From an uncultured Planctomycetia bacterium (lineage in GTDB: Bacteria; Omnitrophota; Gorgyraeia; Tantalellales; Tantalellaceae), in the NCBI GenBank assembly GCA_964527765.1, contig CAZGQR010000008.1, positions 14,264 through 78,263 on the forward strand: a stretch of 64,000 bases of DNA. The letters are read 5' to 3'. This document shows positions 28,713 through 38,842 of the stretch, in pieces; the stretch's first letter is position 1, and every line of letters begins with the position of its first letter. Made by a program: the position numbers and the translations under genes. The notes beneath the pieces were generated by a model. It was given only the letters and a program-made list of their open reading frames with translations, ran no database searches and was not told the DNA's origin.

Positions 28713-29734
28713 GTTCTCAGAAAATACCCCTTGTTTTGAACGACCCAGTCAATGAGGGCCTGCACGCCCTCTTCGACCTTGACTTTCGGCTTCCAGCCGA
28801 GGTCCTTGCGGGCTTTTTCGATATCACAGACAAACGTTTTCTGGTCTCCCGGGCGCCAATCGTCGAAACCGTACCGGACTTTCCTGTCCAGGGACCGCTC
28901 CAGCATGGAGATCAGCTCAAGCAGAGACAGGACATTTCCCGCCCCCCCGCCTATATTGTAAGCATTCCCGCCGGCTTTACCGATCTTATCGATCGCCTTC
29001 AGATAACAATCAACAAGATCACCTATCCAAAGGATATCTCTGGTCTGTTTGCCGTCGCCGTAAATAGTGATGGGGCTTCCCAGAACGGAGCATATCGTAA
29101 AGTGCGCCACCCAGCCCTGGTCCTCCACGCCAAACTGGCGCGGCCCATAAATGCATGACTGGCGGAAATCCACAGTCCTTAAACCGTATATCCTGGCGTA
29201 ATCCACTACATATTGATCCGCGGCGCCCTTGGAACAGCCATACGGAGAATGAAAATCCAGGGTCCTGTCCTCCGGGATGCCGCGAGGCAAGGACTTATAC
29301 CGATATTTTCCCTCTTTCTCGACCACTTCCAGATCATCCATGGCCCCGTAGACCTTGTTGGTCGAAGCGTTAAGAAGGACCGCCTCCGGCCGGAACCTCC
29401 TTACGCCCTCGCATATGTTAAACGTTCCCAGGGCATTGATCTCAAAATCTTCCCTCGGGTCCGACACGGAGAGGGTCACCGCGACCTGTGCCGCCATGTG
29501 CAGGACAACATCAATGCCCTTGCAATCAGTAAAACATGCCTTGACCTGCCTAAAATCCCTTATATCCCCTTTTAAAAAAGTGAATTTCGCCCGCTGTTCC
29601 AGCCATTCAAGGTTTTTTCCGGCGCCTTTACGGGACAAGTTATCAAAAATAATGACCTCATGACCTTCTTTAAGGAACCGTTCCGCGGAGTTTATCCCTA
29701 TAAAACCGGCCCCGCCGGTGATCAAGACTTTCAT
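28709..29734 (-). CDS. NAD-dependent sugar epimerase/dehydratase (CDP-paratose 2-epimerase-like SDR)
   Basis: It contains a TGGAGFIG Rossmann motif, a YxxxK site (YGCSKGAADQY) and a PRQFGVEDQGWVAHF region. Confidence 0.85.
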   Translation of the reverse strand: MKVLITGGAGFIGINSAERFLKEGHEVIIFDNLSRKGAGKNLEWLEQRAKFTFLKGDIRDFRQVKACFTDCKGIDVVLHMAAQVAVTLSVSDPREDFEINALGTFNICEGVRRFRPEAVLLNASTNKVYGAMDDLEVVEKEGKYRYKSLPRGIPEDRTLDFHSPYGCSKGAADQYVVDYARIYGLRTVDFRQSCIYGPRQFGVEDQGWVAHFTICSVLGSPITIYGDGKQTRDILWIGDLVDCYLKAIDKIGKAGGNAYNIGGGAGNVLSLLELISMLERSLDRKVRYGFDDWRPGDQKTFVCDIEKARKDLGWKPKVKVEEGVQALIDWVVQNKGYFLRT

Positions 29735-30912
29735 TTCCTTACCTCGCTTCCTGTTCTCGCGCTGAGCAACTCCCTGTATAACGCGTCCAGTGCGTCCACC
29801 ATTTTTTCCGCGGAATAATCGGCAAGCGCTTTTTTCCTTTCCTTCTCCCCCATGTGACGGGCCTCTTCAGTGTTGTCAAGAAGCTCATCCAGCGCTTTCG
29901 ATATGGCATCGGAAGAAGCCGACTCTATCAGAATACCGGCATTATCAAAAACAAGGGAAGAGACGCCGCCGACACGCGTCGCTATTACAGGTTTTCCCAA
30001 AAACATGGCTCCGACCAGCGTCCGCCCCATACCTTCGTTTAGCGAAGGCAGGACAAAAATATCAAGCGCGTTAAGCACGGCTCCGGTATTCTCCTGCCAC
30101 GGAATTATGTGAAATCTGTCCGTGATATCCGCGGCTGTCAGCATTTTCAGATATTTCCCGCGAAGCGGGCCATCGCCGGCTAAAAGAAAATGTATGTCTC
30201 TCTTCTTTTCCAGCTGTTTTACCGCCGCTTCTATAAAATACTCATATCCTTTTATTTCTATGAAACGCCCTATGGACCCTACCAGAACCTTGTCCGGCGG
30301 TATCCCGAGTTTTTTTCTCCAATCGACGCCGCTATTCACTTCACGTTCCAGATTTTCAAACTCTATGCCGCTGGGGATAGCGGTATAAAGATCTTCACCG
30401 CCGATCTCGTAACACAACCATTCATAACACTCCGCGCCGGTAAGGCCGATGATCTTGTCCGTTATCCGCGCGGCCATCCTCTCGGCCGATAATATCAGGT
30501 CGGTCAATATTCTTCCGAAATATTCGTAAAACACGTGCCCGTGAGGCGTAAAAACTATTTTTTCAATTCCCGCGCACCTGGCCGCGACACGGCATATGAA
30601 TCCCGCTTTATGCGAATGAGCGTGCATTATATCATATTTATTCCGGCGCATGAAACGCAGTATCTTAAAGAAAGCTATAATATCCCTTACCGGATGAACA
30701 TTTCTCACAAGGTCTTTTTGCGAAATAAAACGAACGCCCGCTTTTTTAGCCCTTTCAATAAGATCTTCATAAGGGTTTTCCGTATACCCGAATAAAAGAT
30801 CTACCGCGTATCCTTTTTGCGCGAGCCCGATAACGCTCAAAAGCGTATTCTCCGAAGAACCGCCTTTATCAAGCCTGGTAATCGCGTGTAATATTTTAAT
30901 TTTCTTTCTCAT
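29731..30912 (-). CDS. Glycosyltransferase family 4 (GT-B)
   Basis: It has a C-terminal EGMGRTLVGAMFLGKPVIATRVGG EX7E-like motif. Confidence 0.8.
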   Translation of the reverse strand: MRKKIKILHAITRLDKGGSSENTLLSVIGLAQKGYAVDLLFGYTENPYEDLIERAKKAGVRFISQKDLVRNVHPVRDIIAFFKILRFMRRNKYDIMHAHSHKAGFICRVAARCAGIEKIVFTPHGHVFYEYFGRILTDLILSAERMAARITDKIIGLTGAECYEWLCYEIGGEDLYTAIPSGIEFENLEREVNSGVDWRKKLGIPPDKVLVGSIGRFIEIKGYEYFIEAAVKQLEKKRDIHFLLAGDGPLRGKYLKMLTAADITDRFHIIPWQENTGAVLNALDIFVLPSLNEGMGRTLVGAMFLGKPVIATRVGGVSSLVFDNAGILIESASSDAISKALDELLDNTEEARHMGEKERKKALADYSAEKMVDALDALYRELLSARTGSEVRK

Positions 30913-30915
30913 ATA

Positions 30916-33063
30916 TTATTTCCGCAGGCGTCCTGTTTCAGCCAGCGATCCCTTTATTTCCATGAACACATCCCCGGGATCAATAAGGGAAAAACAGTCA
31001 AATTTTTTGCATTTTACCCTGCCGTTCCTGTAACAGGGGCTGCACTTGAGGTCCTTGCGGACGATCTTTGCGTGTTTTGATAAGGGACGTGTTTTCCTGT
31101 AATCCGTCGGACCGAATATCGCGACAACAGGAACATCCAGGGAAGCGGCAAAATGCATGATCCCGGAATCGTTGCCGACAACAACATCACATTTCCTTAT
31201 CAGGGAAGCCAATTGATGAAAATCGGTCTTTCCGACGGAAGAGGCAAATTTTACATCCGTCTCAGCGGCCAATTGTTCTTCCAGGCCCCTTTCGTTGCTC
31301 CCCCCGAGCAATATGACCTGGGCGTTCAGTTCTTTATGCGCCAGATCTACAAGCGCCGCAAATCCGGCTATCGGCCATCTCCTGAAATATGCCTGTTTCT
31401 CCCCGGACCCCGCATGCATGCCGATTATAATATTGCCGGTATTCATTTCGTTCTCTCTAAAAAATTCTTCAGCAAACCTTTCGTCACCTTCAATATCTAT
31501 CCTGGGATACGGCGGTAATTTCAACCCGAAATATTCGGCAAATCTCTTATGAACGTCATATTCATGAAGCGAAGGATCGGATACGCCTTTATCGGCAAGA
31601 AAAGAAAATGCCCCGGGGAGGGAAAACACCTTGCGTTTTACCGCCGCCGCGCTGAAAAAAAGCCAGCTTTTTAACCAGTCGGTATACGCGGCAGCTATGC
31701 CGATGTCGAACTTTTCCTTTCTGATATTCAGTATTTCTCTTGCCGGGCCGATAGCCCGCGGTTCCAGCAGAAGCATTTCTTCATCGGAAAAACCCAGGGC
31801 CGTTAATAATCCATAAACGACTTTCTCGCTGACAATGATCTTCACTTCACATTTTTCCTGTTCTTTCAATGCCCTGATCAGGGGATAGATAAGAATGGTG
31901 TTTCCGACCCCGCCCAGATCAAGAATAAGGGCTTTCGCGCCGGAAGCGCTTTCTCCGGCGCCTTCAAGGATGTCCAGCATCCTTTGCGCCATATCTTCAG
32001 GGTTAAACAGTGCCGCTCTTTCATGGCCGCGTTCCGCACATTGTTTCCTGGTATCTTCCTCCTCGAGCAGTTTAAGGACGGTTTCGGAGATGTTGTCCAC
32101 GTTATAAGGATCAAAGAACACGGCGGCTTCACCGAGCACTTCGGGCATCGGCCCGGCATTTGAAGCCGCCACGGGCACGCCTGCGGCCATCGCTTCTATC
32201 AGCGGTATCCCGAAACCTTCGGCCAGTGAAGGAAAAACAAGGACGGAAGCGTTTTTCAGGAAGATATATATATCGTCGTGACTGAGATTCATAACGGGTA
32301 TGATCTTCCCGCCCAACTGCTTCTCTTCGATAACCGACTTGATATTTACCGTCTCGTTCCTGGAACCGCCGACCAGCATCAGCCTGTGGGTTTCCTTTAC
32401 ATGCTCCGGCAGCAGATCAAAGGCCGAGATCAATCTCGATAAATTCTTATGCGGTTTAAAATTCCCGAGATATAGGATATACGGCTTGTGCAGATCGTAT
32501 CGCGCCGTAAGCTCCGTGATCCTTTTATCCGGTTTTTCCGGCGCCGCCGGCATTTTCACCGACGGATAGACCACCTCCAGTTTGTCCCGCTTTATCCTGA
32601 ATATCCTCGACACCCTGTCTTTTGCGTCCTCGGAAAGGGTAATGACCTTCGCCGCCCGGCGGCTGCAAAAAAAGGAATAAAATGAAAAATGCGCCTTTTC
32701 CAGTATGGCCTTGGCGCCTTTATATTTTGAGACGGTCAGCGGTATAACGTCGCACACGGTATTTACATACGGGCACACGCGCCGGAAAGGCGTTTTAATG
32801 TACGGGGAGAAAAAAACATCTATTTTTTCTCTCCCGAGCGCCGCCGGGAGCCGGAACTGATCCCACAAAAAAGTATTTTTCTCCGGGATGATGACCTTTT
32901 TGCATCCATCCGGTAAAAAAGCCGTGTCGGTGAACTGATTGCAGAACAGGACGAACTCGTGCTTCCAGGATATCCTGGCATACGTGAGAAAGTTCTCAAG
33001 GATACTGCGTATTCCCGTAAAGGTATTTTTCCGGAATTCCCGGACATCGATCCCGATTTTCAT
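30916..33063 (-). CDS. Bifunctional glycosyltransferase: N-terminal GT4 domain fused to C-terminal GT9 (heptosyltransferase-like) domain
   Basis: Residues 1-360 are GT4 (FPSLAEGFGIPLIEAMAAGVPV). Residues ~370-715 are GT9 (MHAGSGEKQAYFRRWP, GNDSGIMHFAASLDVPVVAIFGPTD). Confidence 0.75.
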   Translation of the reverse strand: MKIGIDVREFRKNTFTGIRSILENFLTYARISWKHEFVLFCNQFTDTAFLPDGCKKVIIPEKNTFLWDQFRLPAALGREKIDVFFSPYIKTPFRRVCPYVNTVCDVIPLTVSKYKGAKAILEKAHFSFYSFFCSRRAAKVITLSEDAKDRVSRIFRIKRDKLEVVYPSVKMPAAPEKPDKRITELTARYDLHKPYILYLGNFKPHKNLSRLISAFDLLPEHVKETHRLMLVGGSRNETVNIKSVIEEKQLGGKIIPVMNLSHDDIYIFLKNASVLVFPSLAEGFGIPLIEAMAAGVPVAASNAGPMPEVLGEAAVFFDPYNVDNISETVLKLLEEEDTRKQCAERGHERAALFNPEDMAQRMLDILEGAGESASGAKALILDLGGVGNTILIYPLIRALKEQEKCEVKIIVSEKVVYGLLTALGFSDEEMLLLEPRAIGPAREILNIRKEKFDIGIAAAYTDWLKSWLFFSAAAVKRKVFSLPGAFSFLADKGVSDPSLHEYDVHKRFAEYFGLKLPPYPRIDIEGDERFAEEFFRENEMNTGNIIIGMHAGSGEKQAYFRRWPIAGFAALVDLAHKELNAQVILLGGSNERGLEEQLAAETDVKFASSVGKTDFHQLASLIRKCDVVVGNDSGIMHFAASLDVPVVAIFGPTDYRKTRPLSKHAKIVRKDLKCSPCYRNGRVKCKKFDCFSLIDPGDVFMEIKGSLAETGRLRK

Positions 33064-33068
33064 CTCTA

Positions 33069-33920
33069 TTATGAAGGTAAATATTTACGGCGCTTTCCCA
33101 GTTTCTTTTTTGCGCCGTCCGTAATTCCGTCCAGTATGGCAATCGCCCTTTTTATCTTACCACCGGTAATATGAAAACAAAAGTTCTTTACGCCGTGAAG
33201 GAACAGTTTTAATGCCTTAAAATACTCCCTGTACTTGATATGCACCCATAATTCATTCCTGTATGCATAGTATATGCGAAAAGGCTGGGTATATGATTCC
33301 GTTCTGACCGTTCCGATCTTCCCCTGGATTTTTCCGGAAAAATCCAGGGAATCTATCCTGCTGGAAAAAATCAGATACATCCGATATCCCGCTTTCCTGA
33401 TCCGCAGGCCGTATTCCATGTCCCCGCCGTAAAGGAAGAGGGTTTTTTCGGGAAGTCCCGTTTTCTTTACGACTTCGGAAGAGACAAGCGTCCCCCGCCA
33501 GGCGAACAGGTCCTCGATCTCAAGGATGGGTGAATCTTTTTCGCTATCCCAGGACCGCGCGCTTCTTACGGCTCCCACTTTACCCTCTTTGCCGAGCATT
33601 ATCGCCCACTTGAGCAGTTCAGCAAGAGCGTTCTTCTCGGAAACACAGTCATCATCAAGCAACCAGACATAATCGCTGTCTTCATATGCAAGTTTTATGC
33701 CTTCGCAATACCCGCCCTCGCTTCCGATGTTATCCGGAAAATGTTCGTACTTCACGAAACTAAAATATGTTTCTATCATGCTCCTTGTATCGGTTCCCGG
33801 GCTGTTGTCGATCACGTATATCCGCTCCGGCACTACTGTCTGGGCCAGCATGCTCTCCAGGCATTTTTTCAAAATATGCGGGCGGTTATACGTCACCACG
33901 ACCGCGGCGATCTTTTCCAT
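33069..33920 (-). CDS. Glycosyltransferase family 2
   Basis: It contains VVVTYNRP, DNSPGTD, LLDDDC (DxD) and a GT-A fold. The start was chosen at MEKIAAV. Confidence 0.8.
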   Translation of the reverse strand: MEKIAAVVVTYNRPHILKKCLESMLAQTVVPERIYVIDNSPGTDTRSMIETYFSFVKYEHFPDNIGSEGGYCEGIKLAYEDSDYVWLLDDDCVSEKNALAELLKWAIMLGKEGKVGAVRSARSWDSEKDSPILEIEDLFAWRGTLVSSEVVKKTGLPEKTLFLYGGDMEYGLRIRKAGYRMYLIFSSRIDSLDFSGKIQGKIGTVRTESYTQPFRIYYAYRNELWVHIKYREYFKALKLFLHGVKNFCFHITGGKIKRAIAILDGITDGAKKKLGKRRKYLPS

Positions 33921-33924
33921 CTTT

Positions 33925-34935
33925 CTACCCCTTCCCCGCATAAACGAGTATTTCGCTGCTTTGCCCGATAATTTTCAGGAGAAAACCCAACGGAAGAAAA
34001 ATCCCCCGAAGCACTTTGTTCTCTATGTTAAAAAATCCAGTTATCCAAAGAGGGGCCCCTCTTTCCTCCAGGATACGTCCAATGCCCGAGATCATGTAGT
34101 TGATATACAGGGCCTGACTGATCTTAAGCGGTTTTAACCCGCTTTTTAATACTAGTTTACTGATGGTCCTGCGATCAAAATGAAAACGGTGTCTCGGCAG
34201 GTCGTAAGCGCGCCAGCGCTTTCCGAATACAGCCATCTCTATCCTGCTTTGATTGGGGACCCTTATAACCAGCAGGCCCCCGGGTTTCAAGATCTCGCGT
34301 ATTTTTTTAAGGTCGACCAGAGGATTTATAAGGTGCTCCAGCACATGACGCAGGCTAATTACGTCGAAGAAATCACTTTTATACTCGATATCCTTAAAAT
34401 CGCCGGTGATGACGTTGAGATCTCTCACCTCGCGCGCGTAAGAAGCCTTTTTCTCCTCCAGCTCGACCCCATAGACCTCCCATCCAAGCCTTTTCTCAAG
34501 GGATAACAGTTTACCGCTGCCGCACCCTATATCCAATAATCTGCCCGGCTTATCCCTGTACGGAAAACATCTGTTCCGGTAGCGGTAAAAAGGAAAGGAA
34601 AGAATATTTTCGAAAAAATCGATCATCTGAGGCAAAAAATTCCTGTCCTCTCCGGCCAGCATTCTCCATAACAGCCTGCTATATCGCTTTGAAAGCCAGG
34701 ATTCAAAGCTGCTTACCGCCGCAACGGGTCCAGCGCTTTCAATGCCGCAGCGCTCATCCGGATAAAACTCCCGTATATCCCCGATGTCCGCGTCCGGCAA
34801 AGTATAGACCAAGCCGCAACCCCGGCATTTTACCACGCTGAACTCACCTTTTGCCTGGCCCGATCTGTCCCGGTCTTTAAAAAGCAACTCGGGATCCGAC
34901 GAACCGCACAATATACAGCTTCCTTTGACCGTCAC
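33925..34935 (-). CDS. Class I SAM-dependent methyltransferase with N-terminal Cys4 zinc ribbon
   Basis: It contains CILCG...CRGCG, then LLDIGCGSGKL (motif I) and LKPGGLLVI. Confidence 0.8.
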   Translation of the reverse strand: MTVKGSCILCGSSDPELLFKDRDRSGQAKGEFSVVKCRGCGLVYTLPDADIGDIREFYPDERCGIESAGPVAAVSSFESWLSKRYSRLLWRMLAGEDRNFLPQMIDFFENILSFPFYRYRNRCFPYRDKPGRLLDIGCGSGKLLSLEKRLGWEVYGVELEEKKASYAREVRDLNVITGDFKDIEYKSDFFDVISLRHVLEHLINPLVDLKKIREILKPGGLLVIRVPNQSRIEMAVFGKRWRAYDLPRHRFHFDRRTISKLVLKSGLKPLKISQALYINYMISGIGRILEERGAPLWITGFFNIENKVLRGIFLPLGFLLKIIGQSSEILVYAGKG

Positions 34936-34959
34936 AAATAGCCCTCTCTGTAAGCTCTT

Positions 34960-36084
34960 TTATGCCAGTTCCAGATATACCCGCTCCGTTTCCCCGGCAT
35001 TTCTTTTCACGTCAAAAAGCTCTTCCGCGCGCGCTCTTGCCTTCTGTCCCATCCTGATCCTCTTCGCATCATCATTCAATAGATCCAATACGGCAGCGGC
35101 AAAGCCGTTTATATCATCCGGTTCTACCAGTATCCCCGTAACTCCGCTCTCCACTAATTCGGGGTTACCCCCGTCATCCATGGCGACAACCGGTTTTCCC
35201 GCGGCCATGGATTCGATTATCGCTCTTGAACACGCTTCCCTTTCAGTAACGTGAGCGGATATGTCAAAGGACGCTAAAAATCCGGTGACATCTCTTTTGA
35301 AACCGGTAAAGATCACATGACTGCCCAGCCCTGATTTATCCGCTATCTTTTTCAGCTCTTCCATCCTGCCGTTTTCACTGTCCGAGAATTCACCGCCTAC
35401 CACCAGAAACAGCACATCACCGGATTTTCTTAAAATAAGGGGAGCCGCTTCCAAAAAGTATTCGACCCGCTTCCTTTTGCTTAAATTAGTAAGCACGCCG
35501 ACGATTTTCCTGCTGCCCGCGTTCAATTCCTTCTTTACCTCGCCTCCATCTGTCGCGGGATTGAACCGGTCCAGATCGACCCCGTTCAATATCGTCCTGA
35601 CCTTGGAAGGGGCCTTTCCGTTCTTTTCAAACCTTTCCGCGACCGCACGGGAGTTGCATATGACCCTGTCCGGGAGAAATAAGAATCTCTTCGTTAGATC
35701 GGCTTCTCCGCCAAATATCAGATTTCTCTCATGCCACACAACGGGCACTCCCGAGATCTTCCCTGCAAGCGCGCTCAGAATATTATTCCTGGGCGTATAA
35801 GAATGGATGATATTAATCCTGTTTTTCCTGATGTATTTTATCAAAATGGACAAAACTTTCAGAATTTCAAACAGATTCCCGACATTCACCCCGGGGACTT
35901 CAAGGAACAGGACATTTACGCCCAGCTTTCTTGCTTCTCTTTCAAACTCTCCTCCGCCCGGTACGGCCAGATAGGGCTTGAACCTGGAGCCATCCAGGTT
36001 CTCCCACAGGTTAAGCAGGCTTCTCTCCCCTCCGCTCACCCCTGTCTTGTTATGGAGATATAAAATATTGAGTCTTTCGGACAT
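34960..36084 (-). CDS. Glycosyltransferase family 4
   Basis: It has a GT-B fold and contains TEREACSRAIIESMAAGKPVVAMDDGG. Confidence 0.8.
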   Translation of the reverse strand: MSERLNILYLHNKTGVSGGERSLLNLWENLDGSRFKPYLAVPGGGEFEREARKLGVNVLFLEVPGVNVGNLFEILKVLSILIKYIRKNRINIIHSYTPRNNILSALAGKISGVPVVWHERNLIFGGEADLTKRFLFLPDRVICNSRAVAERFEKNGKAPSKVRTILNGVDLDRFNPATDGGEVKKELNAGSRKIVGVLTNLSKRKRVEYFLEAAPLILRKSGDVLFLVVGGEFSDSENGRMEELKKIADKSGLGSHVIFTGFKRDVTGFLASFDISAHVTEREACSRAIIESMAAGKPVVAMDDGGNPELVESGVTGILVEPDDINGFAAAVLDLLNDDAKRIRMGQKARARAEELFDVKRNAGETERVYLELA

Positions 36085-36102
36085 GGCTTTACAAAACCCT
36101 AT

Positions 36103-37236
36103 TTACTTCTTTTGCAAACCTTTCGCATCCAGTAAAGTGTTGTATAGTTTTTCTATTTCTTCAAGCATTATCTCAGAAGAAAATCTTTGCTTGCTGATGT
36201 TTTGTCCTTCTTTCCCCATCTGTTTTGCCATCTGTTTATCTTTTAACAAAGCTATTATGGCCTCGGATAACGCTTTGGGATCTTTAGGCGGCACCAGGAT
36301 ACCGTTCACTCCATGCTTAACAACCTCGGGTATCCCTCCGATACTATTCGCTATAACCGGCTTGCCCGCAGCCATGGCCTCAATAACAGATATGCCCAGT
36401 CCTTCCCTTTCACAAGAAGTGAGTACGAATATATCCATCATCGAGAGTACCTCGGGAATGTCTCTTCTTGCGCCGGCAAAAATAACTTGAGGGGTGATCC
36501 CCAACTTCCGTGCTTCTTTTTGAAGTTCTTCTTTGAAATAACCATTGCCTATGATCAGCAATTTGGTTTTAGGAAAGAGGGGCAATAGCCTGGCTGCCGC
36601 TGAAAAAAGGTACTTATGTCCTTTGTTCGGGGTCAAAGAAGCAACTATCCCGATGATCGAATCATCCGGTTTTATCTTAAGCTGTTCTTTTTCTTCTGAA
36701 ATGTCTCCAACATTAAAAAATCTATCTGTATCCACGCCGTTATAAATGACCACCGTCTTCAGGGGGTCGATCTTTTCGTGCTCTCTTATAAAACCCTCCA
36801 CTGCTTTCGAGCAAGATATGATCTTATCGGTAAAGGTGCTTAAAAACTTTTCCATCAACACATGTCTTTTTCTATATTCAAAATAAGTGCTGTGTACATG
36901 ATTAATGATAATTTTGACCCCAGCTATTTTAGCGGCGATCCTTCCGATAACGGAGGAAAAATAACCATGGGTTTGGATCATATCTATCCCGGCTTTTCTC
37001 AGCAAAAAGACCAGCTTTAAAATATTTAAAGGGTTATGATAAGTTGAAATGTTCAAAATGCGTACTGTAATTCCTTCCTTTTCCAATTCATCGGCGATCT
37101 CCCCTCCTCGAGCGACACACCAGACTTCAAGATCATACTTTTCGCGATCCAGGCCGCGGGCTATCGCAGCAACAACATTCTCCATCCCCCCCACTTTCAA
37201 GTCTTCTGCTAACTGTAAAACTTTTATCTTTTTCAT
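36103..37236 (-). CDS. Glycosyltransferase family 4
   Basis: It has a GT-B fold and contains SCEREGLGISVIEAMAAGKPVIANSIGG. Confidence 0.8.
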   Translation of the reverse strand: MKKIKVLQLAEDLKVGGMENVVAAIARGLDREKYDLEVWCVARGGEIADELEKEGITVRILNISTYHNPLNILKLVFLLRKAGIDMIQTHGYFSSVIGRIAAKIAGVKIIINHVHSTYFEYRKRHVLMEKFLSTFTDKIISCSKAVEGFIREHEKIDPLKTVVIYNGVDTDRFFNVGDISEEKEQLKIKPDDSIIGIVASLTPNKGHKYLFSAAARLLPLFPKTKLLIIGNGYFKEELQKEARKLGITPQVIFAGARRDIPEVLSMMDIFVLTSCEREGLGISVIEAMAAGKPVIANSIGGIPEVVKHGVNGILVPPKDPKALSEAIIALLKDKQMAKQMGKEGQNISKQRFSSEIMLEEIEKLYNTLLDAKGLQKK

Positions 37237-38819
37237 TCTCTCCCGCCATCTACCATGGTATAAACGGCATTTGATCCATTTTCGTATAAAAATAGAAACT
37301 TATCGTGCCTTCTCTCCACTAAGGGTCGCAAATTCCTACGTGTTTCAGCGCTAATGCTGTCAACGAGCACATAATCGGGCTTACTTCTTTCTATAAAAGC
37401 AAGTAACTCCTCTTTATCGACTGCAACAGCTAAAAAGTCGGGTGAGCGCCTAAGCGAGTACAGGTAAAGTGTCCGGGGCACAAGACTCACAACCGCAGCA
37501 TCGGATGGGGTGTTTTCTTTCATCCAACTGCACGTTTCTAAAAAAGCTCTGTAAGAAACCTCTGCCTGATTATCCGCTTTTGGTTTTACGATAAAACGAG
37601 CATAACGGCTCGAGAAATGTCCCAGATTAAGAATAAACAGTAAAGCAATCGCTAAAGCAAAAATATTATTCCCTACTTTTGATTTTATTCGCAATAAAAG
37701 CAAAAGATCCCTTACGCCGATAATAAAATAATAAAAGATGAATGGAGCTAGGGGTGTAATAAATCGAAAACCGGACGTCTGGGTCCATGGCCAGAAAAAC
37801 AAACATATAAGATACAGAACAACATAACAATCTACGGTTCGGCGTTCTTTTATCAATGAGGATATCAACCCATAACCGAAAACGAAAGCAAGTAAAAAGG
37901 CAAAGGCAGTGCGATGTGTAAAGTGGACATTGACCAGGGTTTCCGGGATAGAATAAAAAATACAGGCATACATGCCCTTAATGCCTCTCATAATAAAATC
38001 AAAAACAGTAAAATCTTTAAGAATGGGATTAAACGGATCATTAATCCTGAAATATGCAGCAAAATAATCAAATCCTCTTGCCCCCCTTAAAAGATAGTTT
38101 CTCAAAGACCATAACCCGATAGGAACAAATGAAAATAATGCGACGGAGTTTATTTTTTTATACAACAGAGCTTTTTGAGCAAAGTTTTTTCTATTTAAAA
38201 ATAAACTTATCAAAAAAGCTAAAACTAAACACAAACCCATATATCTTGTAAAATAAGAAAGCAGCAAGAAAAGAATGGTTCCAAAAGATAATCCGAATGA
38301 ATTTTTATCTTCCCTGGCATACTCAGTGGCACACAATAAAGCAATAAACGAAAAAAGCATGTATGGTATCTCTCTCATGACGCTATGGGAAAGTGCGATC
38401 ACCTGAGAGCATATCCCTGTTAAAACCGCCACCAAAAGAGCTGTTTCTTTATCAATAAAACGCCTGACTAAAATATATGTAAAGATCAAAACAAAAATCC
38501 CGAGAATCGTAACGAATAATTTTAAAATCAGAAAATTATAACCCGCGAAATAAATTATTGCAGCCAAAAGTAAGGGAAATAAAAATGGCACCATGGTGTG
38601 AGGCGGCACCCCAACAAGCCAGAGCGAACGATAGCCCTGACCAGAGGTAATGGATTTACCGAGCAAAATATAGGCAGATGCATCTTCTCCTATAATGGGT
38701 TGCCGATTTAGCAACGATAGATAAAAAACGGTAATTGCGGCAAAAAAGCAAAGGACCAAAAAGCTGAACAGCCGTCTCCTCTTATCACTCACATACTTTC
38801 CACTATAAGTAAATTCCAT
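37233..38819 (-). CDS. ArnT/PMT-like (GT39/GT83) polytopic membrane glycosyltransferase
   Basis: It is 528 aa with more than 10 TM segments. An N-terminal loop, GEDASAYILLGKSITSGQGY, is typical of the PMT_2 family. Confidence 0.65.
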   Translation of the reverse strand: MEFTYSGKYVSDKRRRLFSFLVLCFFAAITVFYLSLLNRQPIIGEDASAYILLGKSITSGQGYRSLWLVGVPPHTMVPFLFPLLLAAIIYFAGYNFLILKLFVTILGIFVLIFTYILVRRFIDKETALLVAVLTGICSQVIALSHSVMREIPYMLFSFIALLCATEYAREDKNSFGLSFGTILFLLLSYFTRYMGLCLVLAFLISLFLNRKNFAQKALLYKKINSVALFSFVPIGLWSLRNYLLRGARGFDYFAAYFRINDPFNPILKDFTVFDFIMRGIKGMYACIFYSIPETLVNVHFTHRTAFAFLLAFVFGYGLISSLIKERRTVDCYVVLYLICLFFWPWTQTSGFRFITPLAPFIFYYFIIGVRDLLLLLRIKSKVGNNIFALAIALLFILNLGHFSSRYARFIVKPKADNQAEVSYRAFLETCSWMKENTPSDAAVVSLVPRTLYLYSLRRSPDFLAVAVDKEELLAFIERSKPDYVLVDSISAETRRNLRPLVERRHDKFLFLYENGSNAVYTMVDGGRE

Positions 38820-38842
38820 TTATAGAACTCCAATGCTTCTTA

